Assembly: GCA_000934665.2 (NCBI GenBank)
Contig: JYFJ02003734.1
Span: 1-38,256, forward strand
DNA length: 38,256 bases
Direction: 5' to 3'
Source: Catajapyx aquilonaris
Lineage: Eukaryota
A program made the translations under genes and the position numbers. Within the stretch, counting starts at the first letter, position 1. Each line of letters starts with the position of its first letter. The notes below the pieces were generated by a model that saw only the letters and a list, made by a program, of their open reading frames with translations, was not told the origin of the DNA and searched no databases. This document shows, piece by piece, positions 1 to 11,271 of this stretch.

Positions 1-305
1 CCTCCCACCCCCTCCCCTGAGAAGTACCCTTCATGTGCATAATTCATGATTTTCGGTTGTGCCACTGTATTCCCCATCCCAAGAAACCTCTAGATCCCAA
101 AAATCTCGCCGATAGCACTAATGATAGATTCCTCAGGGCCTTCATAAAGTGGTCCATTCTTGACCTTTTGACCCCTGTATCTCGAAAACGCTTGAGATCG
201 AGGATTTCTCCAGAAGGGTGAATTGTCCTTCTAGCTGATAAGGAACCCGAAAAAAAATATTTCACCTTGAACTTCGAGGGACACTTCGAGAGGTTCCCTT
301 GTTAG
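1..305. mobile_element. Probable terminal segment of a TIR DNA transposon running off the left window edge
   Basis: Subterminal-type motifs (ctcgaaaacg, duplicated acttcgag) ending at ggttcccttgttag, then an abrupt switch to AT-rich DNA. The partner end is not visible. Confidence 0.3.
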
Positions 306-613
306 TGTGAAGAATTTATGGTGTAAATGTCAGTTTCATTTTAAAAATACAATTAAGATAAATTAATGGAACGAATTTTAGCTAAACTTTAAATAATTTT
401 AAATGATTTAGATTGTATAAAAGGAGAAACCAGACTGGAGCTTATTAATTGCTCCTTCCCACCCACTCTTCTATTTAGCTTGTGAACCAATTGTGTGATG
501 GTGGGTGTGTATGTGTGAATGAGTGAGTGAATGAATGAGAGCTTATTAATTGCCCCTTCCCATCCACACCTCTAGTTTTAGCTAGAGAAGAAAAATCTAT
601 TGTGTGAGAGTGA

Positions 614-749
614 TGCCTGGTTGCACCAACAAAATTACCAGTCCTATAGCTCCTAACGGACAGATAGGTGATATATGTAGACCTTTTAACATGTGCTACG
701 GGTCCTTTAGGAGCTATCTGACTGGTAATTTTGTTGGTGCAACCAGGCA
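614..749. mobile_element. PIF/Harbinger-like MITE
   Basis: TIR TGCCTGGTTGCACCAACAAAATTACCAGTC / GACTGGTAATTTTGTTGGTGCAACCAGGCA; 3-bp TSD TGA on both sides. Confidence 0.75.
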
Positions 750-1411
750 TGAGTGAGTGAGTGAGTAAGTGAGTGATGGGTGGGTGTGTATGTATGTGTG
801 AACAAGTTTGAACCCATGCTGCTACTTGTTTACACAAGGGCATGTTTTTCAGTCAGTCTACCATTAGTGCTCCTCCTAGTAGGATCATTTTAATTGTACT
901 GTGACATTTTTGTTACCTGAAAATTCAGAGCAGTGAGTGGTAGGGCTTTATTGTGAATTTCTAGTGTTCATCGTATTACTAGCAAGCTATTATTCTAACA
1001 ATAATCCCCTCCATCATGAATCCCATGGGAAAGGCTGCATTGGATACATTGACTTGTGTGAACCCTTTTAAAAAGCCTCATCATGCCAGTGTAAGAAAGG
1101 GATTAAGATCTGTTACGCCATGGATGTGCTCATTGGTGCCTGGAATCCCTGAATATTCTAACATCTGTGATAGCTGTAGAAAGGAGTTTTCAAAGCTGAA
1201 GAAGGAGAGGCCTACCGAAGAGGATCTCCCTAGCACCAGCCAGTGTGACCGTGAACTTGGGAATGATGATAGTGGCAATAAGTGACTTTTGTGAAAACCT
1301 CGATTGGGTATGATGGGTATTTTCCGCCATGTGTGAAACGTGTACTCTCTGCATCATCTGATCCCATCGCGAGCCCAAAATGAAACTTTGGGAGATGCAA
1401 GAGGATAGTAC

Positions 1412-1808
1412 TGTGACAGCACCAGCTGCACTGTCCTACCCCATTTCTTGCCTTGCGTGTTTTGACCGTGGAACCCCCTTGTTATCTTGCGACTCTGTGT
1501 AATCGCCCGCCTCTGGTTGGCTCCTGATAAAACTTCCCATCATGCTGTGGGGCGTCAGAGTACTATATATACCACGGTCACCCACCAGTCGGGGCCTCTC
1601 CCGGTCCAGGAGAATATCCTGGTCGGGGTGGTCACAACCACGGGGTCTTGCACTGTCAGCTTGCCCCTTGATCACCACCTTTCCCCTACCTATGTGTACC
1701 CGTTCCATCCCGAAGGAAATAAACACCCGTTATACGGTTAGCCTCTGTTTACTTTGGCATCCCCTCTGCTCCGGTCATAGACTGGATCTATGTGCCCATC
1801 CTGTCACA
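1412..1808 (+). mobile_element. Solo LTR (397 bp, gypsy-like)
   Basis: Inverted termini TGTGACAG...CTGTCACA; 4-bp TSD GTAC (1408-1411, 1809-1812); internal TATATATA (~1564) and AATAAA (~1718) in LTR order. Confidence 0.8.
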
Positions 1809-1865
1809 GTACAAAGTAATGTTGGGAATTTTTTCAAAATTTTAAAAATATCATTTTTTGAAATA

Positions 1866-2482
1866 CAGTAAAACTTCTATAAGTCGAACTTCCTTAAGTC
1901 GAAGTTCTCTATAAGTCGAATAAAATGATGAGCTTGGTTGGTCACAATGTAAAAGAATAGGAAATAAACTTCCCTAACTCGAATTTCTATAACTCGAAGT
2001 TCTCCATAACTCGAAGTTCTGGCAGGGCCTTACGATGAGATATCAATGCATTTTCAGTCTCTCTTAGTCGAAGTTCACGTTGGCGAGTACGGAAAATTGT
2101 CTCATTTCCTAGTAACCTAGTCGAAGGGTCGAGAGTAGGCCACATGTACAGAAAGGGTCAATTTCCTGACCTCCGTCTGCCAGACGTACCGAAAGAAGTG
2201 TTTGACTCGATTGTTACAATTGGATCCTTGAATGTAAGTAGAGAGATAAAGTAGGCAAATGTCCATTACGGAGATTTTTTTACAACAAAACAACGAGGAA
2301 CATTGTAAGTGTGATAGTGACAGTTATTTTCAAGTTTTGAACACCTTTCGTCATTGGATATAAATGTAGGCTTCCTTATAGAGTTATGTGCTTTAAAAAT
2401 CTAAACTTCTCTAACTCGAATCTTCTATAACTCGAAGTTTTTTCCCGGTCCCATGGAGATTCGACTTATAGAAGTTTCACTG
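1866..2482 (+). mobile_element. pogo/Tigger-like MITE, copy A
   Basis: TA|CAGTAAAACTTCTATAAGTCGAA ... TTCGACTTATAGAAGTTTCACTG|TA; repeated subterminal (a/g)tcgaa motifs; second copy at 5172-5683. Confidence 0.85.
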
Positions 2483-3035
2483 TATTTAAATTTAAATATT
2501 TAATTGAGTTTAAACATTTTAATAAATATGATAACCTCTGCCGTGTTACATATTAAATAAAAGCCCATGGAAAGACCTTCAATATGAGACATTCCCCAGG
2601 TTTATATCTCATCTGGTTCCTGAGAAAATAATACTTCAGTATTTCAAGACGCAGCAATTTTTAGTCAAAATTGGAATATTTAATATTAAATAACTCTTGA
2701 ATGGTAGGCAAAAAAAATTCTTTCTTTTGGTTTTCATTCATAACTATGTAAGGACACTAGACACACCAAGCTTCATCAAAATCTGAGGGGTCCAGGCCAA
2801 TCGCTGTGATGATTTGACATGGAATGACCCGAATGGGTATAGGCAGTGCTGTCGTGACAGGGGTACGCAGGTATACGGCATATACCCAGTCGAGAAAACC
2901 CGAAATCTGAGGCTATACGTGGCTATACAATGTGTATATCTTGTACCTGGCAAGGCTCTAAGTAAGGCACTTGACCAATGCCCATTCCTGCTGAACTCTC
3001 CTAATTAACTCCCGACGATTTCTTGGCCTGGGTTC

Positions 3036-3290
3036 CTAGAAATCACTGTCTTGCAGCCTGGCCCACAGGTGTTCAATATGATTTAAGTCTGGAGAGTTTC
3101 CAGGCCAGTCAAGCCCCACCTTTCCACACATCTTTTGTGCTGCTGCAATGGACACTTTCACAGTGTGACATTTTGCACCATCTTGCATGAGCACCTTCAG
3201 GTTTTGTTTTGAAAAGATATGGTAGTCCTTCATCGTTTCTCCATACTTTGGCAACATCTTGTCACGATAATATTCCCCGTTTAAAAAATT
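3036..3290 (-). mobile_element. Tc1-family transposase fragment (C-terminal half of the DDE domain)
   Basis: LMQDGAKCHT...LDWPGNSPDLNHIEHLW matches the Tc1 QD(N/G)APxH and WPxxSPDLNPIExLW motifs; truncated. Confidence 0.8.
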
Positions 3291-3419
3291 ACTGAGATTT
3301 TGCACTTGTACATTACTGACTGTGCTAGAAACTTATGTTACACCTTGTAGGAGGATTACACTGTAATTTGTCAGTTATATTCCCCTAAGCTTGTGTGACC
3401 GTGAACCCCCCCCCCCAAA

Positions 3420-3422
<3 letters not shown>

Positions 3423-3463
<41 letters not shown>
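3423..3463. repeat. (TA)n microsatellite
   Basis: About 20 TA units seen directly. Confidence 0.95.
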
Positions 3464-3466
<3 letters not shown>

Positions 3467-3946
3467 GCCTGCGGCAGGCTTCTTCCCACTCTGCTTCCAC
3501 TGCTATTCAACCTTTCAGTACATCCTGCCGAATTTTTCCCTCAGTTTAAAACACTACAAAGAGGACTTCCACATTGAGCGTAATTGCCGAAATTTTTCTG
3601 CAACACCACTGGGTATAGGACATATGCAATGTATTTTTTGACGGATATTACTGAACCTGCCCAACGATGAAATGGAAGAGATTTTTGTCTCCCTTCAAAG
3701 AAAATCTCTGTTCATAACATGAAATCAAACATTCACATTTTAAATTTAAATTTCGAAGGCCCATCAGGTTCCATTGTAAATCCCACTTTCGAGGCCTTCC
3801 ATAGTGACCTATGATCAGTACTCCACAACCACGACCAAACCATCATATTCTACACTAGTAAAATTATCTTCTGAGATGTGTAACTCATTTTGATAAAAAG
3901 TGGACCTTGATCATTCTTACCCCGAGGTCTTCATATCTTAACATAC

Positions 3947-4058
3947 CTTCTCATATCCTGGCTCATTGTGGTATGGTTTCTCATTCATCAAACTCTGGAT
4001 AGAGATAAGCACGCTGGACAAGCTCTGAGCAGGACTCCAGGCTGGGCCAGACCATGTC
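3947..4058 (-). CDS. UBE2Z: Ubiquitin-conjugating enzyme E2 Z, coding exon 3 (112 nt); gene continues beyond the left edge
   Basis: [37 protein letters not shown]; acceptor ccacag, donor gtatgt; phase 2 joins exon 2 (GG+G = Gly). Confidence 0.93.
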
Positions 4059-4290
4059 CTGTGGACGAAAATGTGCCTTATATAAGCTGCCATGTGACAA
4101 AGTGTCTTCAGTGGTATGCAGTTGAGTGATGTCATCAGTACTACAATAGAAGGGTGGCTCAAATGAGGGCATGCTAGGAAGTAAGACATAGAATCTGTAA
4201 GATGCCTAGTTTGCCTGGAGTAGCAAGATTTTACTGGTACAAATGGTGCACAATAACATGAATGGGCAGAAGAGTGGAATTTCCCATAAC

Positions 4291-4913
4291 TAGAGAACGG
4301 ATTTCTAGGTTTTTACCTACTTTTTCTTTCGTAGGCAGAACACCGGAACCAAAATATCTATCCGTTTCATAACACAAGGACCTCAAAAATCGTAGTTTTA
4401 TAGAACCTAAAAATGCCTATTTCGGGTGTTGGGACCTAAATGGCCTATTAGCGCCTATTTCGAGCTTTTTCACGCCATTCGGTAAGGTTTTCGAGAGTTC
4501 TGCAGGTTTTCCATTCAAGGAATCCCTCCCACTTCAACTTGTGACGAGAGAAGAAGCGGATGATGGGTAAGATCCCGGGAAATATGCCGTTAACCGCTAT
4601 TGCGACTCGAAATAACTGTTATTAATAGCCGTTAAATAAGCTGCTACATTCGGCCCGACGGCTTTTATATCTGCCATATTGGCTCCCCGTGAGGGAGGAT
4701 CTTAACTGTCGCCGAAAAGCTGCGATTAACCACCGAAAATATGGAATAACTGCTAGTTTGTTACTGTGCTGCAAAATTCCATTGTGTAGAGATTAAAATA
4801 AATTAGAACCAGCTTGATTTATAGCGCCCATTTAAGAGCCTATTTTGACTGTTTTCAGGGCCTAAATGCCTACCTATTTGACGGATTTTAAGAACCTAGA
4901 AATCCGTTCTCTA
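4291..4913. mobile_element. hAT-like non-autonomous element
   Basis: TIR TAGAGAACGGATTTCTAGGTT / AACCTAGAAATCCGTTCTCTA; perfect 8-bp TSD CCCATAAC (4283-4290, 4914-4921). Confidence 0.88.
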
Positions 4914-5019
4914 CCCATAACTAAAAGGACTCGTATACTTGGAACACCTTGTATATTTTGGTTCCAGTGTTCTACCTACAGAATAAAATGTGGATTAAAA
5001 CCTAGAAATATGGTATTTA

Positions 5020-5170
5020 TTACTTATTATTGTTATTATTGTTATTAATAAATATAATATAATAAATATACATAATATAATATATAATTAATATAATATA
5101 ATATAATTAATATAATATAATATAATTAATATAACAATATAATATATAATTAATATAATATATAATTAAT
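5020..5170. repeat. AT-only low-complexity minisatellite (TATAATTAATATAA-type units)
   Basis: Seen directly. Confidence 0.85.
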
Positions 5171-5171
5171 A

Positions 5172-5683
5172 CAGTAAACTTCTATAAGTCGCATCTCCAT
5201 GGGACCGGAAAAAAAACTTCGAGTTATAGAAGATTCGAGATAGAGAAGTTTGGGTTTTTTAAAGCACAGAACTGCATAAGGAAGACTACCTTTATATCCA
5301 GCGACGAAACGGGTTCAAAACTTAAAAATTACTGTCACTATCACACTTACAATGTTCCTCGTTGTTTTGTTGCAAATAAAACTCCGTTATGGACATTTGC
5401 CTATCACGGTAGACGGGCCTACTCTCGGCCCTTCGGCTTGGAAATGAGAAAATTTTCCGTGCTCGCCAACATGAACTTCGACTTAGGGAGACTGAAAATG
5501 CATTGATATCCTATTGTAAGGCCCTGCCTGCACTTCGAGTTATGGAGAACTTCGAGTTATAGAAATTCGAGTTAGGGAAGTTTATTTCCTATTATTTTAC
5601 ATTGTGACCAACCAAGCTCATCATTTTCTTCGACTTATAGAGAACTTCAACTTAGAGAACTTCGACTTAGGGAAGTTTTACTG
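5172..5683 (-). mobile_element. pogo/Tigger-like MITE, copy B (inverted relative to copy A)
   Basis: TA|CAGTAAACTTCTATAAGTCG...TTCGACTTAGGGAAGTTTTACTG|TA; reverse-complement match to 1866-2482 with an internal deletion. Confidence 0.85.
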
Positions 5684-5715
5684 TAATTACATTGACAATA
5701 TATTCTTCAACTTAC

Positions 5716-5976
5716 CCAAGAATGCTCAGGCAAACTTTTCCAGACTTGTACAAGTTTGGGTTGAAGCGGACCTTGCCCGCGTCTGTGGTCATGAGCTTAA
5801 CCCGAGGTGCCCTGATGGGGTAGTCGGGAGGACAACGAATCATGAAGTAGAAGAAACCACCTTCGTAGGGGGTATCAAAGGGACCAGTAACCAAAGCATG
5901 AATCTTGGTCATATCAATTTCATCAGGTACAACAAACATCCCTGGCGGAGGTTCATTGTAGATGGCCATCATGTCC
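5716..5976 (-). CDS. UBE2Z: Ubiquitin-conjugating enzyme E2 Z, coding exon 2 (261 nt; UBC core with catalytic Cys)
   Basis: [18 protein letters not shown]...[12 protein letters not shown]...[18 protein letters not shown], with the UBE2Z/BIRC6-type NPNLY motif and KVC active site; acceptor cctcag, donor gtaagt. Confidence 0.95.
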
Positions 5977-6097
5977 CTGAGGGGAAAAGAATTATGACAT
6001 TAATGACAACATTGCTTTTCTGTCACACCAACAAGGAAATTGTCAAGTGTTGCAGCGTCTTGACTAGTATTTTGATACTGGAACACCTGAGATTTAC

Positions 6098-6782
6098 ACA
6101 AGGTCTGATTGAAAAATTTTGCCTCCTATACAATAATTTCAATAATACACAAAATACACACACAAACTGTATGCTGATGAAAGGTGATTTCACTACTTTT
6201 CCCAAAGTCACCATCCCTAGTCACACGCATGCACATCGGAGCAGTTGTTGCATCCCATCAGAGAAGAAATCAGGTATTTCCTCCTGGCACCATCAGTGAA
6301 CATCTGCTTGCACCTCCACATCACTGGTGTAATGGTGTCCCTTCAGGTGTTCTTTCAGCTTCTTGAAAAGGAAAATGTCGCAAGGTGAAAGATCCAAGCT
6401 GTACGGCGATCTTACACCATGACAATGCTCGTCTATGCACGAGTCAACAAACACAGGATGCATCGAGGCATCAGACACCATACAGCCTGTATCTAAAGCT
6501 GAAAGAACACCTGAAGGGACACCATTACACTGGTGATTCAGAGGTGCCAGCAGATGGGCATCACTGGTGCCGGGAGAAGACACCTGATTTCTTCTCCGAC
6601 GGGATCCAACAACTGCTCCAACGTGGGCGCATGCATGTGACTAGGGATGGTGACTTGTGGAAAAATAGTGAAATCACCTCGTAGAAGACATTCCAACCTT
6701 TCATCAGACATACAGTATGTTTGTGTGTGCATATTATTGAAATTATCGCATAGAAGGCAAAACTTTTCAAACCGACCTCATA
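6098..6782. mobile_element. Palindromic mariner derivative made of two 3' ends in inverted orientation
   Basis: Minus arm: SPYSLDLSPCDIFLFKKLKEHLKGHHY (YSPDLAPxD motif). Plus arm: ILHHDNAR...KLKEHLKGHHY...FFSDGIQQL. Both ends carry the same TIR (acaaggtctgattgaaaa / ttttcaaaccgacctcat). Confidence 0.85.
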
Positions 6783-6785
6783 ATA

Positions 6786-6961
6786 CAGTAGACTCTGGAT
6801 ATAACAAACTTCAAGGGACCATGAAAATCAGTCTGCTATAACTGAGGTCTGTTATAGCCAAACACACAAGCCATATATGGAAGCCCACTGGGACCAGCCT
6901 TTTGAATCGACTACAATTGAGAATCTGTTATAGCCGAGGCTCTTATATCCTGAGTCAACTG
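6786..6961. mobile_element. Short Tigger-like MITE
   Basis: TA|CAGTAGACTCTGGATATAA ... TTATATCCTGAGTCAACTG|TA. Confidence 0.8.
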
Positions 6962-7204
6962 TAATGGCAGCAGATCTCTGCATTAAGATGTGTACACTAT
7001 GCTTCCTTGGACCTCTTGAACCCCTAACTGCTATAACTCCTAGAAGTGAATAATAATTGGTAACTACAAAAAGTATATGCATTTCCATGACCCAAAAATT
7101 AAGTGTAATGGATATGACTTGGTGTCACAAGACAGATTCAATTCCAGCCCCAAATATGAACCAGAGTAAATGGTGAGGTCAGTCAATGGCCATCTAGTGA
7201 CTTA

Positions 7205-7708
7205 GGGCCGGTTGCACCGGTCGCGGTATATGGGAAGGTATATGGAAGAACCCTGCACCGCGGGTACACGGTATATACCGTGAAAAACCGCGGGTTTATT
7301 TTATAGCGTTGCACAGGTCCAGATAAACGCAGGGTTCTCATTAGTACGCTGGCTCATGAGAGACGTAAGCGGGCAAAAATTTTGGAGAGCGCTGATTGGA
7401 TCGCAGCATCCGTGACGTCATGGAAGTATGGCTAGTCGTCTAGTATCTACGGCAACCATGTGGCAGGGTTACCACCTGGTGTCACACAGTACACAAAATC
7501 CCTAGCACCAGTCCGCAACCATGACAACACCCATAAACCCGCGGTATAAGCAACTTGCGCTGCGGGATCGGCGGGTAGATGGATCCGGCGGTAAATGGGA
7601 GGGGGAACGGGCCGTTTTAGAAAAACCGTAGGTGGCGCAACACTTCTCGCGGTTTATCAGAGTGAAAACCCGCCGTTTTCCATATACCGCGACCGGTGCA
7701 ACCTGCCC
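7205..7708. mobile_element. PIF/Harbinger-like MITE
   Basis: TIR GGGCCGGTTGCACCGGTCGCGGTATATGG / CCATATACCGCGACCGGTGCAACCTGCCC; TSD TTA; CpG-rich interior. Confidence 0.88.
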
Positions 7709-8222
7709 TTAGGCATACCTTCTGCATCATCATGGTTTTAAATACATAGCATTTATGTATTCTAAAACAGTAACATATATAGAGATGATCTTTACTAAGT
7801 TTTTAAGCCCCAGCAATTGCAATTTGGCCTAGTATATAGATGGTGCACACATCGCCAGGGCAGCTGGTAAACAAAAAAGGATCATGAACCCCCCGTCACA
7901 ACTGGCCTAAGATGGCCCAAGCCTGATGCACTTGGAGTGGCAGCGTTCATTCATCAATGTCCAGGTTATTCTCGGCTTTGGTGCAGTTGCCATTCATGAA
8001 CAGTTGGTGAGAGCTGTAGGTGTCATTGGCACTCCACCACTGCTCACCATCCAACACTGGGCCCAAGTTTCCACAGTGGTCTTGAGTAAAGCTTCAACCA
8101 CTCCAGATCCAGTAGCCCTCCACAGAATCATTCCATCACTGGAGCCGTTGACTGTTGCATGCAGGAAACTTCGCAATGGACAACACAGCAGCTTGCCTTC
8201 GAGTGTGGGACAAGTCAAGAGC

Positions 8223-8499
8223 CAAGGGGGGTAGTCACTCCTCAAAAAAGAGTACACCGGCTCTCTTGAGTTGTGGCTCTCCGCGGCTCTCTTCGGCTCT
8301 CCCCCGGCTCACCAGCAGGCTCACCCACGGTCTTATGGGCTCACCGATGCCGCAGAGAGCCTCGGAGAGCTTCGGAGAGCCAACTACGTCACAACCCGTG
8401 GGGTTGATGATATGACGTCAATATGACGGAGTTTTCCCTCAGCTCTCCGAGGCTCACAGTGAGGGTGTACACCGGCTCTCCGAAGTGACTACCCCCTTG
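8223..8499. mobile_element. MITE with CAAGGGGGTAGTCACT TIRs (P-element- or hAT-like), copy A
   Basis: TIRs at both ends; imperfect TSD gtcaagagc/gtcagagc; relative at 28389-28702. Confidence 0.8.
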
Positions 8500-9139
8500 G
8501 TCAGAGCACTATGGCCTGAGCCATGTCTCATTCATCATCACAATCCGTTCAAGAAAATAATCACCCTCACTGTGATAGTGTTCCAAATGTTTCTCAGTGA
8601 GGGGCAAGCAGTGCCACTTTGCCCATCACAGAGATGGTGAGAAATCCATTTTGATGCCAACTTTCTGAGTCCCTTCAGTCATTCAGAGTCCTAATCATAG
8701 TTCTCGACTTGTCCCACGGTCGAAAGCAAGCTCCTGTGTTGCCCATCGCCGAGTTTCCTGCATGCAACATTCAACAGCTCCAGTGATGAAATGATGCTGT
8801 GGAGGTCTAGCAGATCTGGTGTGGTTGAAGATTCTTTCCTCTTGCCCTCTGCTGAAAGTTTTGTCCCCAAATTGCAATTGCCAGACCTACAAAACTTAGC
8901 AAAGGTCATCTCTGTGTATGTTACTGTTACAAAATTAAAAAATTTGCACAATGACTTATTAATCAACCCACTTAAATGGGTTCAAATGTCATACACTGGT
9001 GAGGTTTCAATCAAAACCATGACAAATTCAACTGAGCCAATCAGCACAGCCTTGCTGTGGTGACCACGAACACATTACTTACAATATGCTCAAGTTGGTT
9101 GGAATCAACCATCCAGCGACTAAGACCCACTTTTTGCAC

Positions 9140-9310
9140 CTAATTTAATTAATTAATTTATTTATTTATTTTAAACATTGCCCATGGTCAGGACAATCGA
9201 GATCTCCTCTCGATGATGGGGGCCCTGTCACCCCGTCTGATCTACACTTCGGCCATAATTAATTCCCAAAAGTCACCCTGCATGCCAGGTCTTTCTTGTC
9301 CAGCAGCTAA
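9140..9310 (-). mobile_element. Possible 3' end of a retroelement with (TAAA)n tail
   Basis: (TTTA)n run at ~9155-9172 next to a GC-richer hairpin-forming segment; direct repeat cccactttttgc at ~9127 and ~9313 may be a TSD. Confidence 0.35.
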
Positions 9311-9554
9311 GTCCCACTTTTTGCGTGCCTTCCCCATCTGCCAGGACCAGCCAGGACCCAAAGGGTTACATCAACCCATACACATAACGCCAACTTCCCC
9401 ATCCACGTCACAATGTCATGATCCACCGAATCCCTCTCAAACGAGCATATTGAACATCATGAACGAATGTCACCAGCATATGCTGCCTGAACCCACCATA
9501 AACTGCCCATAATGGAGCCCCCAGAATTCTCATCTGTACCATTCATGATCGAAC

Positions 9555-9721
9555 CTTTTTATCCTTAAAATGCAGTGGGGGGTGGGCTTCTCAACATCCC
9601 AGTCACTGCTGCTCTGTGGGTCCCATCCATGTGTCAGCGACACGGCGCCCGACATCAAGTTGTTCACCAATGATTCCGGGTTATCCAGAAACTCCTCAAA
9701 GGACGTAGGTCCCTCAGCCAT
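9555..9721 (-). CDS. UBE2Z: Ubiquitin-conjugating enzyme E2 Z, coding exon 1
   Basis: [12 protein letters not shown]...[24 protein letters not shown] matches the UBE2Z WDP..SSDWD.E...PxCxLRIKR motif; donor AG|gttcga joins exon 2 in phase (RIKR-DMM). Start codon inferred. Confidence 0.88.
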
Positions 9722-9959
9722 CTTGAGCTGTTCCTTCTCCGGTCCTTCTAGTCTTCTATTGTCTCTCACAACCCAAAACTTCAACTCGCTCCCCGTCAGA
9801 TCCCTAGAACATAACCGACCACAGATGGACCATCACTCGATCATTGGTGTGTGGTGTCTCGTATGTGTACTATGCACTGCAGTATGCAGTAGGCACAGGG
9901 CAGCGGGCAGGGGAGGGGAGGGAGTCGGGGTCCAAGGTAGGTAGCAGGGATACCAGGTG

Positions 9960-10060
9960 GGAGTAGTTTCATTGCAAGTCACATGACGTGACGTTACAAG
10001 ACGTCATGGGGCTGGTGAATTCAAACGGAATAGGCGGCTAGGCGCTCCCATGCGTTTCAC
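9960..10060 (-). promoter_or_regulatory. Putative UBE2Z proximal promoter with clustered CRE/ATF and E-box-like motifs
   Basis: GTCACATGACGTGACGTTACAAGACGTCAT at 9978-10007, about 260 bp upstream of the ATG, next to a G-rich tract. Confidence 0.5.
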
Positions 10061-10084
10061 CAGTTTCACTCACGGTTTTGCTTT

Positions 10085-10581
10085 ATTTTTGTACGTGTAA
10101 TGTTGGTCAGGGTGATTTTGTGGTCGCTTCTGGATGCTCCAACTGAAATCCACGCACCCCCATACGACAAAGCCAGAGACAACCTAATAACTGTGCACAG
10201 CATATCGAAAGTGGGAAGACCCATTATTATTGGGATTGAATTATTGAGTGATGAATAAACACCATCACCAACATGGCTCAGCACTGGAGACTCATTTTTA
10301 CATAGATTTTACATAGTTTTTATATGATTTTTTGTATATTTATATGTGTGTATTGCACGTGTGTTTGTGTATCTGTATGTATTCATGTCATCCTTTTCAT
10401 TATCATCCTATTCATTATATCCTCTGCGTGGCCTGACCAGTCACCAGAGGATTCATTATACTGGTCGTTCGAGATGGCCAGGTGGACTGTACCTGGTCAT
10501 CGCTGGTATAACCCCATCTTGATGGGATTATGCCGTGAAGGAAATGAATGAATGAATGAATGAATGAATGAATGAATGAAT
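10085..10581 (+). mobile_element. Decayed non-LTR retrotransposon 3' end with (GAAT)n tail
   Basis: Frameshifted PPYDKARDNLITV...GRPIIIGI resembles the CPxYxxxRxxL end of LINE ORF2; followed by a UTR-like stretch, a small hairpin and about 9 GAAT units (10543-10580). Confidence 0.45.
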
Positions 10582-10861
10582 AAACACATAATAAATTATC
10601 AGTGTCCCCAAAACACTTCTTTCCTGGGAAAGTTTGCATGCATATATAAGGCAGTGGTTCTCAAAGGGAGCCACTAATAGGCTCTCTGGTGGGGAGGAAT
10701 TTCAAATCTAAGGGGAAGAATTGGAGAGGAATGTTGGTTAAGGATAATAATAAGGAACTCTACCAGGTAGAGTAGAAGAAACTGAACGTGTTATCAGCAA
10801 TTGTGTGCCTACATTAGATCTGCTGATTCGCTGATAATTTGTGGGAATAGTGGGAGTGCTT

Positions 10862-10971
10862 CCCAGGTAGCACAAAAAGTTGGGCCAATATTGGACGAAT
10901 GTTGGCAAAATATCTTAGATATTGGGCCAATATTGGCTCCAATATTGGCCCAACTTTTTGTGCTACCTGGG
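10862..10971. mobile_element. Small foldback MITE (CCCAG termini, CACTA/CMC-like)
   Basis: 33-bp perfect TIR CCCAGGTAGCACAAAAAGTTGGGCCAATATTGG; 2-bp TT flanks. Confidence 0.75.
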
Positions 10972-11094
10972 TTAATGCCTAAACATTTTGGTGGCTCCAA
11001 GTCTTGCATTATTGGAAGAGGTTCATAAAAAGTTAATAAAACTTATAATTATTATGTTACCAGCTCATCCAAAGCAAGATCCAAAGACTTAAAG

Positions 11095-11271
11095 CAGGGG
11101 TTCTTAACCTTTTCGGACCTCCGCACCCCTTTCAATACACAGTTGGTCCTTGTCGCACCTCCTATACCATGGGTGATTCATAGTTAGACTAAGTCCAGAG
11201 GTGCACCTTGCTCGCAGGGGAGTCACCTCACACCCCGTGTGGGTGCGGGCACCCCAGGTTAAGAACCGCTG
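11095..11271. mobile_element. hAT/Charlie-like MITE
   Basis: CAGGGGTTCTTAACCT ... AGGTTAAGAACCGCTG; TSD degraded. Confidence 0.7.

Larger units (their letters stand above)
1016..2830 (+). mobile_element. Degenerate, internally deleted DNA transposon (possibly Sola2-like) hosting nested insertions
   Basis: ORF 1016-1285 has a C-x-NPF...H...R...ICDSCRK Cys/His motif like transposase N-termini. The right end GATTTGACATGGAATGACCC reads as a GGG-initiated TIR. No left TIR found; family call is tentative. Confidence 0.3.

Noticed and set aside
1..3900. UBE2Z exon 4 (expected ER.PGD...YNECIRHET)
   Set aside because: Not found on the minus strand here; it presumably lies left of the window.
5604..6299. 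231-aa plus-strand ORF
   Set aside because: Antisense shadow of UBE2Z exon 2 running through a MITE and a mariner relic; no coherent protein.
9530..9784. ORF-track version of UBE2Z exon 1 (TTG start, ending FDHEWYR)
   Set aside because: The likely start is ATG 9721, and the frame splices at 9555; the tail is intron.
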